Source: an uncultured archaeon | GTDB lineage: Archaea > Asgardarchaeota > Lokiarchaeia > Sigyniarchaeales > SOKP01 | NCBI GenBank assembly: GCA_964508365.1 | Contig: CAZDTP010000066.1 | Coordinates: 1-18,444, forward strand | DNA length: 18,444 nt | Direction: 5' to 3' | Shown: positions 7,173-15,617 of the stretch, in pieces | Layout of the letters: each line of letters begins with the position of its first letter | How positions within the stretch are numbered: position 1 is the first letter of the stretch | Position numbers and translations under genes: made by a program | Notes under the pieces: generated by a model | Seen by the model: the letters and a program-made list of their open reading frames with translations, nothing else | Databases searched by the model: none | Told to the model about the DNA's origin: nothing

Positions 7173-8549
7173 TTACAAATTTAATTCTATGATTTTTTTC
7201 TGGTTTTCTGCCACTCTGTCAGGCGTTAGATCATAATATCTCCAAAATACGAATGTACCAACCAATATGCAGATCATCGGTACTACAGCTAAGTGGATAT
7301 GTACTCCAAATTTCGCAGAAGCGCTATATGGATCTGCAACCAAACCAGTAAAAACATGGGCTAAAGCAAAACTTGTTGCTTGAAAAAAGATCGCTAATCG
7401 GCCAAAAAATTGTTGAAATCCGGCAAATACTCCCTCTTGGCGCCTTTTCTGTGTAACCACAGATTCATCTACAACATCAGCTAAGATAGGAGCAATCATA
7501 GCCCAATAGCCTCCAATCGATAATCCCCAAACTACCATTGCGATAATTATACCCACAAGATCTTCGAGAAAAATCAAGGGGATTGTAAAAACACCCATTA
7601 ATAACCCACAAAGCACCATTATTTTTTTATTATTATTTGTTTTGTGAGCAGCCTTGACCCAAATTGGTGTTGAAACTAAGGCTCCTACGAGAAACCCCGC
7701 AAAAATTGGAATAGACGCTGTTGCAGGCCATTCTAATAAAGTATCTACAACAAATGGTACGGATGCAGTCATCGATTGTACTAAAGTTCGATAAAGAGTA
7801 TACGATACAATAAAAGCGACAAAACTTTTTTGCTTCAATGCAGTACCTAAAGATTTAAAAAACGAAGGTCCTTTTTCTCTCGTCTTATGCGTTTCCAAAT
7901 ATCTATCAACAGCGTCCTGATCGTCTCTTAGGCCTGGGATTGCTAAACCTATAGCAATTAGGCCAACGATAATAACAATTCCTGATTGAATTACATATGT
8001 AGAAGGTATTCCAAATTTAACGACAATCGGAGGTAGAATAGCTCCGAGGGCAATACCTACAAGTCCAATCGGGATTTGTAACCCCGTGGCAGTTCTCCGT
8101 TCTTTAACTGAACGGAACTTATCAGGGAATAGCGACGAGAAATTAACCCAGAAAACCGAAGCAAATGTGTCGAATAAACATGTAGCAAAAACTAACCAGC
8201 CAAAAAGTAACCATTGATCTAAAGAGGGTGGCGTAAATATAAACAAATAACTTATTACAAAGGGAACGCCTCCTATTAAAATCCAAGGAAATCTTCTTCC
8301 CCATTTTTTAGTAAACTTGAACGGCCTATTTGTTAAATATCCTACAATCGGGTCATTAATTGCGTTGTAAATCGCATAGATGAAGAATCCAATCATAACG
8401 ATGATTGGATTTAAACCGAGTTCCCTTTCGTAAAAATAGAATGCGTAAGTACCAAAAGCCATGGCAACGAATTCGTTCGTAAAGTTACCAAAACCATAAG
8501 AAGCCATGTTTTTCTTTGAATGTCTTACTTCGCCTACTTCATTTGACAT
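7173..8549 (-). CDS. MFS transporter, glycoside-pentoside-hexuronide (MelB/GPH) family
   Basis: About 12 TM helices. Motifs ASYGFG, NAINDPIVGYLTNR, KKWGRRFPWIL, ILADVVDE and RRQEGVFAG. Confidence 0.92.
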   Translation of the reverse strand: MSNEVGEVRHSKKNMASYGFGNFTNEFVAMAFGTYAFYFYERELGLNPIIVMIGFFIYAIYNAINDPIVGYLTNRPFKFTKKWGRRFPWILIGGVPFVISYLFIFTPPSLDQWLLFGWLVFATCLFDTFASVFWVNFSSLFPDKFRSVKERRTATGLQIPIGLVGIALGAILPPIVVKFGIPSTYVIQSGIVIIVGLIAIGLAIPGLRDDQDAVDRYLETHKTREKGPSFFKSLGTALKQKSFVAFIVSYTLYRTLVQSMTASVPFVVDTLLEWPATASIPIFAGFLVGALVSTPIWVKAAHKTNNNKKIMVLCGLLMGVFTIPLIFLEDLVGIIIAMVVWGLSIGGYWAMIAPILADVVDESVVTQKRRQEGVFAGFQQFFGRLAIFFQATSFALAHVFTGLVADPYSASAKFGVHIHLAVVPMICILVGTFVFWRYYDLTPDRVAENQKKIIELNL

Positions 8550-8608
8550 AATTTATCATTTTAGTTTAAATTTTTTTTAATTAGTTTTACTATTTGACGA
8601 AGTTATTT

Positions 8609-8626
8609 AAAAAACTATAGTTTTTT
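8609..8626. promoter_or_regulatory. Perfect 18-bp palindrome AAAAAACTATAGTTTTTT overlapping the putative BRE/TATA of the MFS gene
   Basis: Palindrome read directly. Minus-strand TTTAAATA at 8611-8604, about 55 nt upstream of the ATG at 8549. Confidence 0.4.
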
Positions 8627-8708
8627 CGAATAAGAAACTAAACTATGACTAATTAGCGCATTAAAAGAAAAAAAGGAGAAGAATTTAATGAAACTTTTAA
8701 TTTACCTT

Positions 8709-9101
8709 TTAGTTTGCCATTTCCTGGTCGTAGTAAAACCAAGAAAATGCCACTAAGAAAAATACAAAGATAGCAGCTTGGAACCACATAATTATCAGAA
8801 CTGGATACAAAAATGCTGCCCACATTTGAACAACTGTACCTATAACGAGCCATACTATTTCCATTTGAACTATGATTTTAACTTGCGCCCATTTGGTTTC
8901 CCTCCACGCTAATAAAGAAGCCACCGCTAGTCCTATAAATAGAGCTCCTAATATGCGCCCAGTTACTGGGTCTAAATAAGGCCAACTTGTTATAGCTACA
9001 TAGGACTCAACAACGACCAAGAAAATTAGCCCAAAAATTGCAGACACCAAAAAATGCACTAAAAATCCAATTTTTAGTAGTTTTGAAATTTCTTCCTTCA
9101 T
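8709..9101 (-). CDS. Hypothetical 4-TM membrane protein (130 aa)
   Basis: Four hydrophobic helices and a WPYLDPVTGRILGA loop. ATG start with a GAGG-like upstream motif. Confidence 0.8.
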   Translation of the reverse strand: MKEEISKLLKIGFLVHFLVSAIFGLIFLVVVESYVAITSWPYLDPVTGRILGALFIGLAVASLLAWRETKWAQVKIIVQMEIVWLVIGTVVQMWAAFLYPVLIIMWFQAAIFVFFLVAFSWFYYDQEMAN

Positions 9102-9249
9102 AAGTTTTAATCCCTCACTATTATAATATAAACTATTACCAATTTCAATTTACATTTTTATTTTACGATTTTTATTAAAGTAAGCTATTTGCTTTTCTTT
9201 ATAAATCTTTCTCGATCAAAAACTCGATTAACTGTAAGCAATAACATCT

Positions 9250-10038
9250 TTATCTATATTTTTGAACGAAATCCAATAATGGTAAAAAATAATCCTGTTT
9301 AAACGAGAGGATATCATTGTGTCCGGCTTCATGAATTAAAACTAATTTTTTCTCAACATTATTAGGCAAATTTTGATATAATAATTGCGATTCAGAATAG
9401 GGAATAATCCAGTCTGTCGTTCCGTGAATTATCAAAGTCGGAACTTTAAATTTTTGAACTCTAGTATCGTTTGAGTATTCTTTTAGCGAATCTGGTGTTA
9501 AATATGGGCTCTTAACTCGAAACAAATTAGTCATCATGTTGAAGAAGCTAGCGAAACCACTCTCAAATATAACACCTCTTAACTTGGGAGGATTATTTGC
9601 CCCAATTTCTGCCGCACAAACGCTTCCAAGTGATCTGCCTTGAACGAAGAGGGAATCGAGATAATTCATTTCAGCCAAATAATGTCTAAAAGCGTCGTAG
9701 ATAGGCATCGCATCGGAGATCAAACTGGTAAAATATGGTTCGCCTGAGCTGAATCCATAGCCTCTGAAATCAACAACTGCCAGATTTACATTACAGTCTA
9801 AAAATAAATGAGATATATATTGATAATCAGAAGCAATTTCCCCGTTCCCGTGAAATAATAGAATTGTAGGATTTTCTGGCTTAGCTCCAAAAAAAAAACA
9901 TCCAATTGAGATATTATTATAGATATCAAATTTAAGGACTTTAATATTTGATTCTAACTTTTCAGGTATTTTCGTTTTTCGTGGATAAAAGACTACATTT
10001 GAAATTGTAGGATTGTCAAGTAATTGATTTTTTTTCAT
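9250..10038 (-). CDS. Alpha/beta hydrolase, ABHD17/BEM46-like
   Basis: LLFHGNGE oxyanion loop, VDFRGYGFS, nucleophile GRSLG, acid in IIHGTTD, catalytic His in AGHNDI. Confidence 0.9.
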   Translation of the reverse strand: MKKNQLLDNPTISNVVFYPRKTKIPEKLESNIKVLKFDIYNNISIGCFFFGAKPENPTILLFHGNGEIASDYQYISHLFLDCNVNLAVVDFRGYGFSSGEPYFTSLISDAMPIYDAFRHYLAEMNYLDSLFVQGRSLGSVCAAEIGANNPPKLRGVIFESGFASFFNMMTNLFRVKSPYLTPDSLKEYSNDTRVQKFKVPTLIIHGTTDWIIPYSESQLLYQNLPNNVEKKLVLIHEAGHNDILSFKQDYFLPLLDFVQKYR

Positions 10039-10266
10039 AATTAGTTAAATATTCCAGTAACTTATTAAACTCTTTTTTACCTTTTTTACTTTTTTGATAA
10101 ATTAACCTTTTAAGCAACAAAAAGACTTATTTAAGAGGTTTATTTTTAGTAGATCATATTAGAATTTCAGTAAGCGATGTGAACAATAATTTTCTTTGAA
10201 AGATACGAAATCCTCTTTGATAAATTTAATCGGAGCTACTTAACTTTTATAGGTGTTTTCATCCCC

Positions 10267-10848
10267 TTGTTTACAATCGCATTTTCTGTATTTTTATATA
10301 TTTTAGGTGACTCATCATTTAGTGTTTTTACGCATTATTTGAGCCATCTAGGAATAGGACCGAATGGAGCTAATTTTGTTTTTAACTTTGGAAGTATGAT
10401 ATCCGGCATTGTTTTGGTGTTTTTTTTTCTAAACCTAAGTGCTTATCTAATTAAAAAGGAAGTACCAAAAATTCTTGTGAATTTATCGTTTATTGCCGGT
10501 TTTATGGCATCTATAGGCATTTTTATGGTAGGGGTGTTTCCTAGTGATGAATCGCAATTTTTACACAACTTCGCAGCAAGTTTTTTCTTTCTAGGAGGTT
10601 TATCTTCTTGTATACTTTACGGAATTTCAGAGTGGAGGGCTAGAGGTATTTCTAAGCTTCAAGCGCTATCAGGATTCGTAGTGGCTTTTTCTTTTTTAGT
10701 GTTCCTCTTTTTTACTACTATAAATTTTTATAATCCCGAATTAGCATTGGAAATTTCTCATTTTTCAGAGTGGATTCTTGTTACACTTCTAATGTTTTGG
10801 ATTATAGGACATGAAGTTTCTATGATAAAGAATAAAAAATTAACATAA
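10267..10848 (+). CDS. DUF998-like multi-pass membrane protein; true start probably upstream (frame open from 10183)
   Basis: YLSHLG..GANFVFN, GIFMVGVFP and LHNFAASFFF match DUF998-type motifs. The upstream in-frame sequence extends the first TM helix. Confidence 0.7.
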   Translation: MFTIAFSVFLYILGDSSFSVFTHYLSHLGIGPNGANFVFNFGSMISGIVLVFFFLNLSAYLIKKEVPKILVNLSFIAGFMASIGIFMVGVFPSDESQFLHNFAASFFFLGGLSSCILYGISEWRARGISKLQALSGFVVAFSFLVFLFFTTINFYNPELALEISHFSEWILVTLLMFWIIGHEVSMIKNKKLT

Positions 10849-10883
10849 AAAATTGTTTTTATAAATATTATCTTAATGTACAA

Positions 10884-11627
10884 CTATGCCTTTCCCTGAT
10901 TTGCGACGGCATCAGTTGCTTTTTTAACAGCTTCCGGATCGCCTAAGTAGTAATGTTGAATAGGTTTTAGATCGTCATCAAGTTCATATATTAATGGGAT
11001 ACCTGTTGGAATATTTAACGATACTATTTCGTCTTCAGAAATATTGTCCAAATACTTAACTAGAGCTCTTAAACTATTACCATGAGCTGAGATCAGAACT
11101 TTTTGACTTGACTTTATAGTGGGAACAATAGTTTCATGCCAATAGGGCAGCACCCTTGCTACAGTATCTTTCAAACACTCACTTAAAGGAAGATCTGCCG
11201 CTGTTAAGGTTTTGTATTTGTCTTCATTTCCGGGATATCTTGGATCACTCGTTTTAAGAGCAGGGGGAGGTACATCGTAGCTCCGTCTCCATATGAGCAC
11301 TTGTTCTTCTCCTACTTCAGCAGCCATTTTTGATTTAAATTTTCCCTGCAATGCACCATAGTGTCGTTCATTTAATCGCCAGGAGCGATATACGGGAATC
11401 CACATTAAGTCCATCTCATCTAGTACAATCCAAAGGGTTTGAATCCCTCTTCTTAGTACGGATGTAAAAGCAATATCAAATGTGAAACCACCTTCTTTTA
11501 ACATATTTGCTGCTTCTTTTGCTTCTTGAATTCCTTTTTCTGAGAGTCCCACATCCGTCCAACCTGTAAATCGGTTCTCTTTATTCCAAATACTTTCTCC
11601 ATGTCTTAAAAGCACTACTTTATACAT
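10884..11627 (-). CDS. gpmA: 2,3-bisphosphoglycerate-dependent phosphoglycerate mutase (bacterial-type dPGM)
   Basis: [48 protein letters not shown]-like [23 protein letters not shown] and LNIPTGIPL. Confidence 0.97.
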   Translation of the reverse strand: MYKVVLLRHGESIWNKENRFTGWTDVGLSEKGIQEAKEAANMLKEGGFTFDIAFTSVLRRGIQTLWIVLDEMDLMWIPVYRSWRLNERHYGALQGKFKSKMAAEVGEEQVLIWRRSYDVPPPALKTSDPRYPGNEDKYKTLTAADLPLSECLKDTVARVLPYWHETIVPTIKSSQKVLISAHGNSLRALVKYLDNISEDEIVSLNIPTGIPLIYELDDDLKPIQHYYLGDPEAVKKATDAVANQGKA

Positions 11628-11881
11628 TTCTCATCAAATTCTTAAAATGTGGTAGCTATATTAAATAATTATTTCAATACTTCATATTTATCTCTTTACT
11701 TTTTATCTCATTTTTGACTTTTCTCCAAAAAATGAATTCTAGATTTGAATAAGCTCTTTATTAAATTTTATAATCTTTCTCATTACATCTCAATTTTTAG
11801 AGATTACACAAAGCACAACTTTAAGTAGTATTCTTTTGTATCATGTTTTAATATGTTTTATAATTATAGGAGAGATCATAA

Positions 11882-12547
11882 TTGAAAAAACATGGCATCC
11901 TAAAAGGAGCAAATCGTCAAGAGCAAAATTGGAGTAATATTAAATTTGGTGAACCGTTTAAAGAAGCTTTGAATCGATTCAGAAAGGAAGTTCAAGGTCG
12001 TGAAGATTTTGACCCAACCTCTTTATTACAATTTGGCTTGTTTATGTCTATGGCTATTATCAATATATTACAAGAAGTTGAAAAAAAGTTAGGTGAAGAG
12101 GGTCAAAAAGTAGTTACTGATGCTTTAATCAAAACGGGATATACCATGGGAAATCAAATTCTTGAAAACATAGAAATACCCGCAGAAATTTCCGATATAG
12201 AATTAATGAGTTTTTTAGCAACGATTGTAAATACTCAAGCTTGGACTTCGATTGAAGATCCAAGAATTGATAACGAAGACCAATGTTCTTTTGACATAAT
12301 TTGGTGCCCTCTGCAGGATGTTTACAAAGCTTTTGATTGTAGAGTTCAAAGATATTTAGTTCAAGGAATAATCAATGCTTTTAGAGATTCTGGCCTATTA
12401 CAATATGAATATCATGTAGAATTTAAAACAACCATCCCCGCGGGTGCAGAGACTTGTTTGTTCCAAATAACAAAGAAGAACCCAAATGAAAAAGATAAAT
12501 GGGAAGAATACTCAAAAGCTCTCGAAAAGAAAGCTTTAGAAAAATAA
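11882..12547 (+). CDS. ATC-hydrolase/V4R-like protein (L-2-amino-thiazoline-4-carboxylic acid hydrolase-like family); function unknown
   Basis: FDIIWCPL..DC and TTIPAGAETCLFQI fit the family's CP..C..G...C.F pattern. AGGAG Shine-Dalgarno-like motif upstream of the TTG start. Confidence 0.65.
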   Translation: MKKHGILKGANRQEQNWSNIKFGEPFKEALNRFRKEVQGREDFDPTSLLQFGLFMSMAIINILQEVEKKLGEEGQKVVTDALIKTGYTMGNQILENIEIPAEISDIELMSFLATIVNTQAWTSIEDPRIDNEDQCSFDIIWCPLQDVYKAFDCRVQRYLVQGIINAFRDSGLLQYEYHVEFKTTIPAGAETCLFQITKKNPNEKDKWEEYSKALEKKALEK

Positions 12548-12623
12548 CATGTAATTAAAGATTCAATATCAAACAAGTTCGATAATTAATTGCCTATACT
12601 TAAATATTTGAAAAAAGTATAAA

Positions 12624-12650
12624 GAATTATCTATTCACGAATTATCTATT
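12624..12650 (+). repeat. Direct repeat GAATTATCTATT x2 (15-nt period) upstream of the secreted-protein gene
   Basis: Units at 12624-12635 and 12639-12650, read directly. Confidence 0.7.
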
Positions 12651-12687
12651 ATTTACAATCCTTCAGTTCTTAATAAAATTAAATAAA

Positions 12688-13392
12688 ATGACTCATAAAA
12701 GTTCGATAGCATCTGCTGCATGTCTTTGCTTAGTTCTAATACTAATTTTCCCTCCTTATATACTTGGCAGCACGACTTTAGGAGAGTCTACATTTCCTGT
12801 TGAAGAAGGAAATGTGTTCACCTGGGAAAAGGTAAATGCGACTGAATCGTGGTATATGGATGTTCCACTTGTGCGAGTCACTGTTTCAAAAATTTATAAC
12901 GAGACTTTCAACGGAGAGAATTATCTTTATATGAATTACACATTAGAGTATTATTACAAAATCGATTGGGTGCCACGCTATACAAATTCCTTTTACTTAG
13001 CTTATAATAAAACTCTTAATTTCTTAAATTGGTCTGAGGAAGGATTTCTGAACGGCAATTTATTTATATTTCCTACTCCAATTAATCTAATGCTCATAGG
13101 TGAAGCGGTCAAAAAAGAAGGTTTCCTAAATTATACGATAATTGGTCAAAAAATCGTTTTAGACTACTATGGAAATAGTACTAAAATTGAATTAACTATT
13201 AATTCTTCTGGATTCTCTACGATTATAGAAAAAATTACAAACGGAACAACAATCTACAGGTGGGAATTGAACGAAAAAGAAATCATTATAATAATTCCTT
13301 TTGGGAGCAACTTTTTAATAATTACATTCGCTTGTATAATTCCTCTTGTTGTCATTACGAAAAAAAAGATAGCGAACTCTAAAAAGCATTAA
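12688..13392 (+). CDS. Secreted/surface protein with signal peptide and Loki-CTERM-like C-terminal anchor (IPFG + TM + basic tail)
   Basis: N-terminal hydrophobic helix. Beta-rich ectodomain with many N-x-S/T sequons (NAT, NET, NYT, NKT, NWS, NST, NSS, NGT). C-terminal IPFGSNFLIITFACIIPLVVITKKK. Confidence 0.75.
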   Translation: MTHKSSIASAACLCLVLILIFPPYILGSTTLGESTFPVEEGNVFTWEKVNATESWYMDVPLVRVTVSKIYNETFNGENYLYMNYTLEYYYKIDWVPRYTNSFYLAYNKTLNFLNWSEEGFLNGNLFIFPTPINLMLIGEAVKKEGFLNYTIIGQKIVLDYYGNSTKIELTINSSGFSTIIEKITNGTTIYRWELNEKEIIIIIPFGSNFLIITFACIIPLVVITKKKIANSKKH

Positions 13393-13405
13393 AATTTAAT
13401 GCTTT
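13383..13405. promoter_or_regulatory. 23-bp inverted repeat AAAGCATTAAA-A-TTTAATGCTTT (operator or terminator hairpin)
   Basis: Perfect 11-bp arms read directly. It overlaps the stop of the upstream gene and lies about 80 nt before the acyl-CoA dehydrogenase start. Confidence 0.45.
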
Positions 13406-13486
13406 ACGAAAATTTATGTATAGCTTAATTTTTTCTATATCACTAATACGATTATTATAGATTAAATTAATAAAAGATGAAAAAAC

Positions 13487-15016
13487 TTGAGTGAAGAATT
13501 TTTTTGGTGGAATGATGAACAGAAAGCTGTTTATAAAGAAGTGAGGCAGTTTGTAGAAGAAAACTTCGAAGAAGCTGAAGAATACTTTTGGAATAAAAAA
13601 TTTCCGTGGCCTCTCGTAAAAAAAGTGGCACAAAAAGGTTATTTCGGGGTAGGTGTTCCAAAAGAATACGGGGGATTAGAATTAGGTGCTACGGGAAGTT
13701 GTATAGTGGCTGCACAACTTGGGAGACTTTACGCTGTAGGACACGTATTTACCGTAAGCATGTTAGCTGGATTGGAACAAATATTAAGGTTCGGAACAGA
13801 AGAACAAAAAAAAATGTGGCTTCCTAAAATCGCAAGTGGGGAAGAATTAGGAGCTCTTTGTATTACTGAACCGTTTGCAGGGTCAGATGCCGCAAATGTT
13901 TTTACTTCTGCGATCAAAGATGGAGATGAATGGGTACTAAATGGTAAAAAGCGATTCATTACAGGAGCAGGTGTTTCTGATAGGTATTTTATTTACGCTA
14001 AAACTAGCGATGATAAAGCTATTCGGAAGCAATATGGGCATATTACTGCTTTCATGGTGGAAAAAGGTAGGCAAGGTTTTAGTTTAGAAAAGATTAATCC
14101 ATTGATTGGATTTGATAATGTTCCAAACGGATACATAGATTTCGATCACGTCAGAATCCCTGATTTTAATCGGATTGGAGCTGTTGGCAACGGTTGGAAC
14201 GTAATGATGGCAGGTCTAAACTTCGAACGTTTAATTGGGGCAGCAGTTTTCAGTGGGTTATTTGAAGATGTTATTAATTTATTATTTCATTTCACAAAAA
14301 GGCGCGTTCAATTTAACAGAACTACGAATCAACTTCCTGGAGTACAAGATGGAATTGCTGAAATTATAACTAAATCAAAGGTCTCAAGGTTATATTCTTA
14401 TTACTGTGCTAAATTACTAGATGACGGAAAAGAGCCTATGGTTGAAGCATCTATCGCTAAATTGATTAATACGGAGTATGCTAGAGATATTGGACTTAAT
14501 GCCATCCAGATTTTAGGAGGAGATGGTCTTACTAAATTTCTACCAGCTGAAAGAATTTTACGTGAGGCTAAAATCGGAGAAATTGTAGCGGGCACGAATG
14601 AAATTCAAAAAATGATCATTTTCCGTTTTAGTGCTATGCTTCCTTTCTATAACAAACATATGAGATTGAGATGGAACGATAAAGTTAATGCTCCTATTAT
14701 TTCAAGCAAAGAATCTCAATTCAAAGGACTTGATCTCACAGAAGAAAATGTGTTAAAAGTTATCTCCCACGATTATAAAGTAAACCCGGGTTTGTATATG
14801 ACTCCCGACGAAGTACGCGAGGATATAGGAGGTAGTAGATCAGATTTGCGAAAAATTTTTGAGCAATTAGAAGAACAAGGATTAATCGTTATTCATCGCG
14901 ATCGCTCTGGAAAAACTGCTTTAGTTAAAGCTACTTACGATGGATTGCAAAAAGCGTTTCCAAAAGAATATTATCAGTGGTTTCCAGACTGGTATGAAAA
15001 TGCTGATAAGTTTTAG
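13487..15016 (+). CDS. Acyl-CoA dehydrogenase (IVD/LCAD-type catalytic Glu) with a C-terminal winged-helix extension
   Basis: ALCITEPFAGSDA, LNGKKRFITG, LNFERL (Glu247), RRVQF, AIQILGGDG and EIVAGTNEIQK (Ala368 at the MCAD Glu position). About 128 extra residues follow the ACAD core. Confidence 0.93.
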   Translation: MSEEFFWWNDEQKAVYKEVRQFVEENFEEAEEYFWNKKFPWPLVKKVAQKGYFGVGVPKEYGGLELGATGSCIVAAQLGRLYAVGHVFTVSMLAGLEQILRFGTEEQKKMWLPKIASGEELGALCITEPFAGSDAANVFTSAIKDGDEWVLNGKKRFITGAGVSDRYFIYAKTSDDKAIRKQYGHITAFMVEKGRQGFSLEKINPLIGFDNVPNGYIDFDHVRIPDFNRIGAVGNGWNVMMAGLNFERLIGAAVFSGLFEDVINLLFHFTKRRVQFNRTTNQLPGVQDGIAEIITKSKVSRLYSYYCAKLLDDGKEPMVEASIAKLINTEYARDIGLNAIQILGGDGLTKFLPAERILREAKIGEIVAGTNEIQKMIIFRFSAMLPFYNKHMRLRWNDKVNAPIISSKESQFKGLDLTEENVLKVISHDYKVNPGLYMTPDEVREDIGGSRSDLRKIFEQLEEQGLIVIHRDRSGKTALVKATYDGLQKAFPKEYYQWFPDWYENADKF

Positions 15017-15018
15017 GA

Positions 15019-15047
15019 TTATTCCTTTTTTTTTCTTTTCTTTTAGA
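15019..15047 (+). terminator. Putative oligo-T terminator
   Basis: TTATTCCTTTTTTTTTCTTTTCTTTTAG directly after the stop, between convergent genes. Confidence 0.5.
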
Positions 15048-15049
15048 TT

Positions 15050-15400
15050 CTAGTCTTCTATTTTAAAGTTTTTAATAGTACTAACTTTGTTATTAACATC
15101 TATAGTTACGGCTAATAGTATTATCTCGTCGTCGTCCTCAAACTCGGGATCTACCATTACAAAGTAAAAAATTTCATCCCTCGTATTGTATCCCATCTCT
15201 AATTCGCCGCATTCTTCCGGTAAGATCCTTAATAGATCATCAGAAGCATAATTCTTCAATACCTCGTATATCGAATTTTCGATTTTCGTTTGACTCTTTC
15301 GTATTTCTTTTACATTTGAAAAATCAAATTGACCCATTGATTCTCCAGCTTTAATATTTAGCTCGTTCCATTCTAGAAATAAGTCATTTAATTTTGGCAT
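15050..15400 (-). CDS. Acidic hypothetical protein (about 116 aa, from MPKLNDLF)
   Basis: The ORF track gives 15050-15460. The first 20 codons look like low-complexity AT-rich intergenic sequence, so ATG at 15400 is preferred. Confidence 0.7.
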   Translation of the reverse strand: MPKLNDLFLEWNELNIKAGESMGQFDFSNVKEIRKSQTKIENSIYEVLKNYASDDLLRILPEECGELEMGYNTRDEIFYFVMVDPEFEDDDEIILLAVTIDVNNKVSTIKNFKIED

Positions 15401-15617
15401 AATTTCTTTGTCTCCTAAAACCAAGATAAATATTATTATTATCCTAAGAATAAAACTCAACTACGATTACAAGTAAAATGGAACTAAAAGAATTAATTTT
15501 GTTCACAATTCAAAATTTTTAAAGGATTAAAATGTTACAATTCAATAATAATAATGTTTATTGAACTGCATTCTTATAAATTATGTAAGAAAAATAACGA
15601 ATAAAGGTTCTCAAAAA

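Noticed and set aside
8653-8853. Track ORF 8653-8853(-)
   Set aside because: Alternate frame overlapping the 4-TM gene, with an unnatural composition.
10070-10096. Tandem CTTTTTTAC repeats
   Set aside because: Low-complexity T-rich intergenic sequence; too short and degenerate for CRISPR or iteron arrays.
10177-10182. ATG-TGA read as selenocysteine recoding
   Set aside because: Position 2 of a non-redox membrane protein is an implausible Sec site, and I saw no SECIS-like element. A frameshift or alternative start is simpler.
11680-11790. 24-codon minus-strand ORF (MRKIINLIKSLFKSRIHFLEKSQK) upstream of gpmA
   Set aside because: Short, in very AT-rich DNA, with no motif. It cannot be distinguished from chance.
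13379-14595. Track ORFs 13379-13633(-), 13467-13661(-), 13606-13827(+), 13729-13959(-) and 14401-14595(-)
   Set aside because: Shadows of the acyl-CoA dehydrogenase gene.
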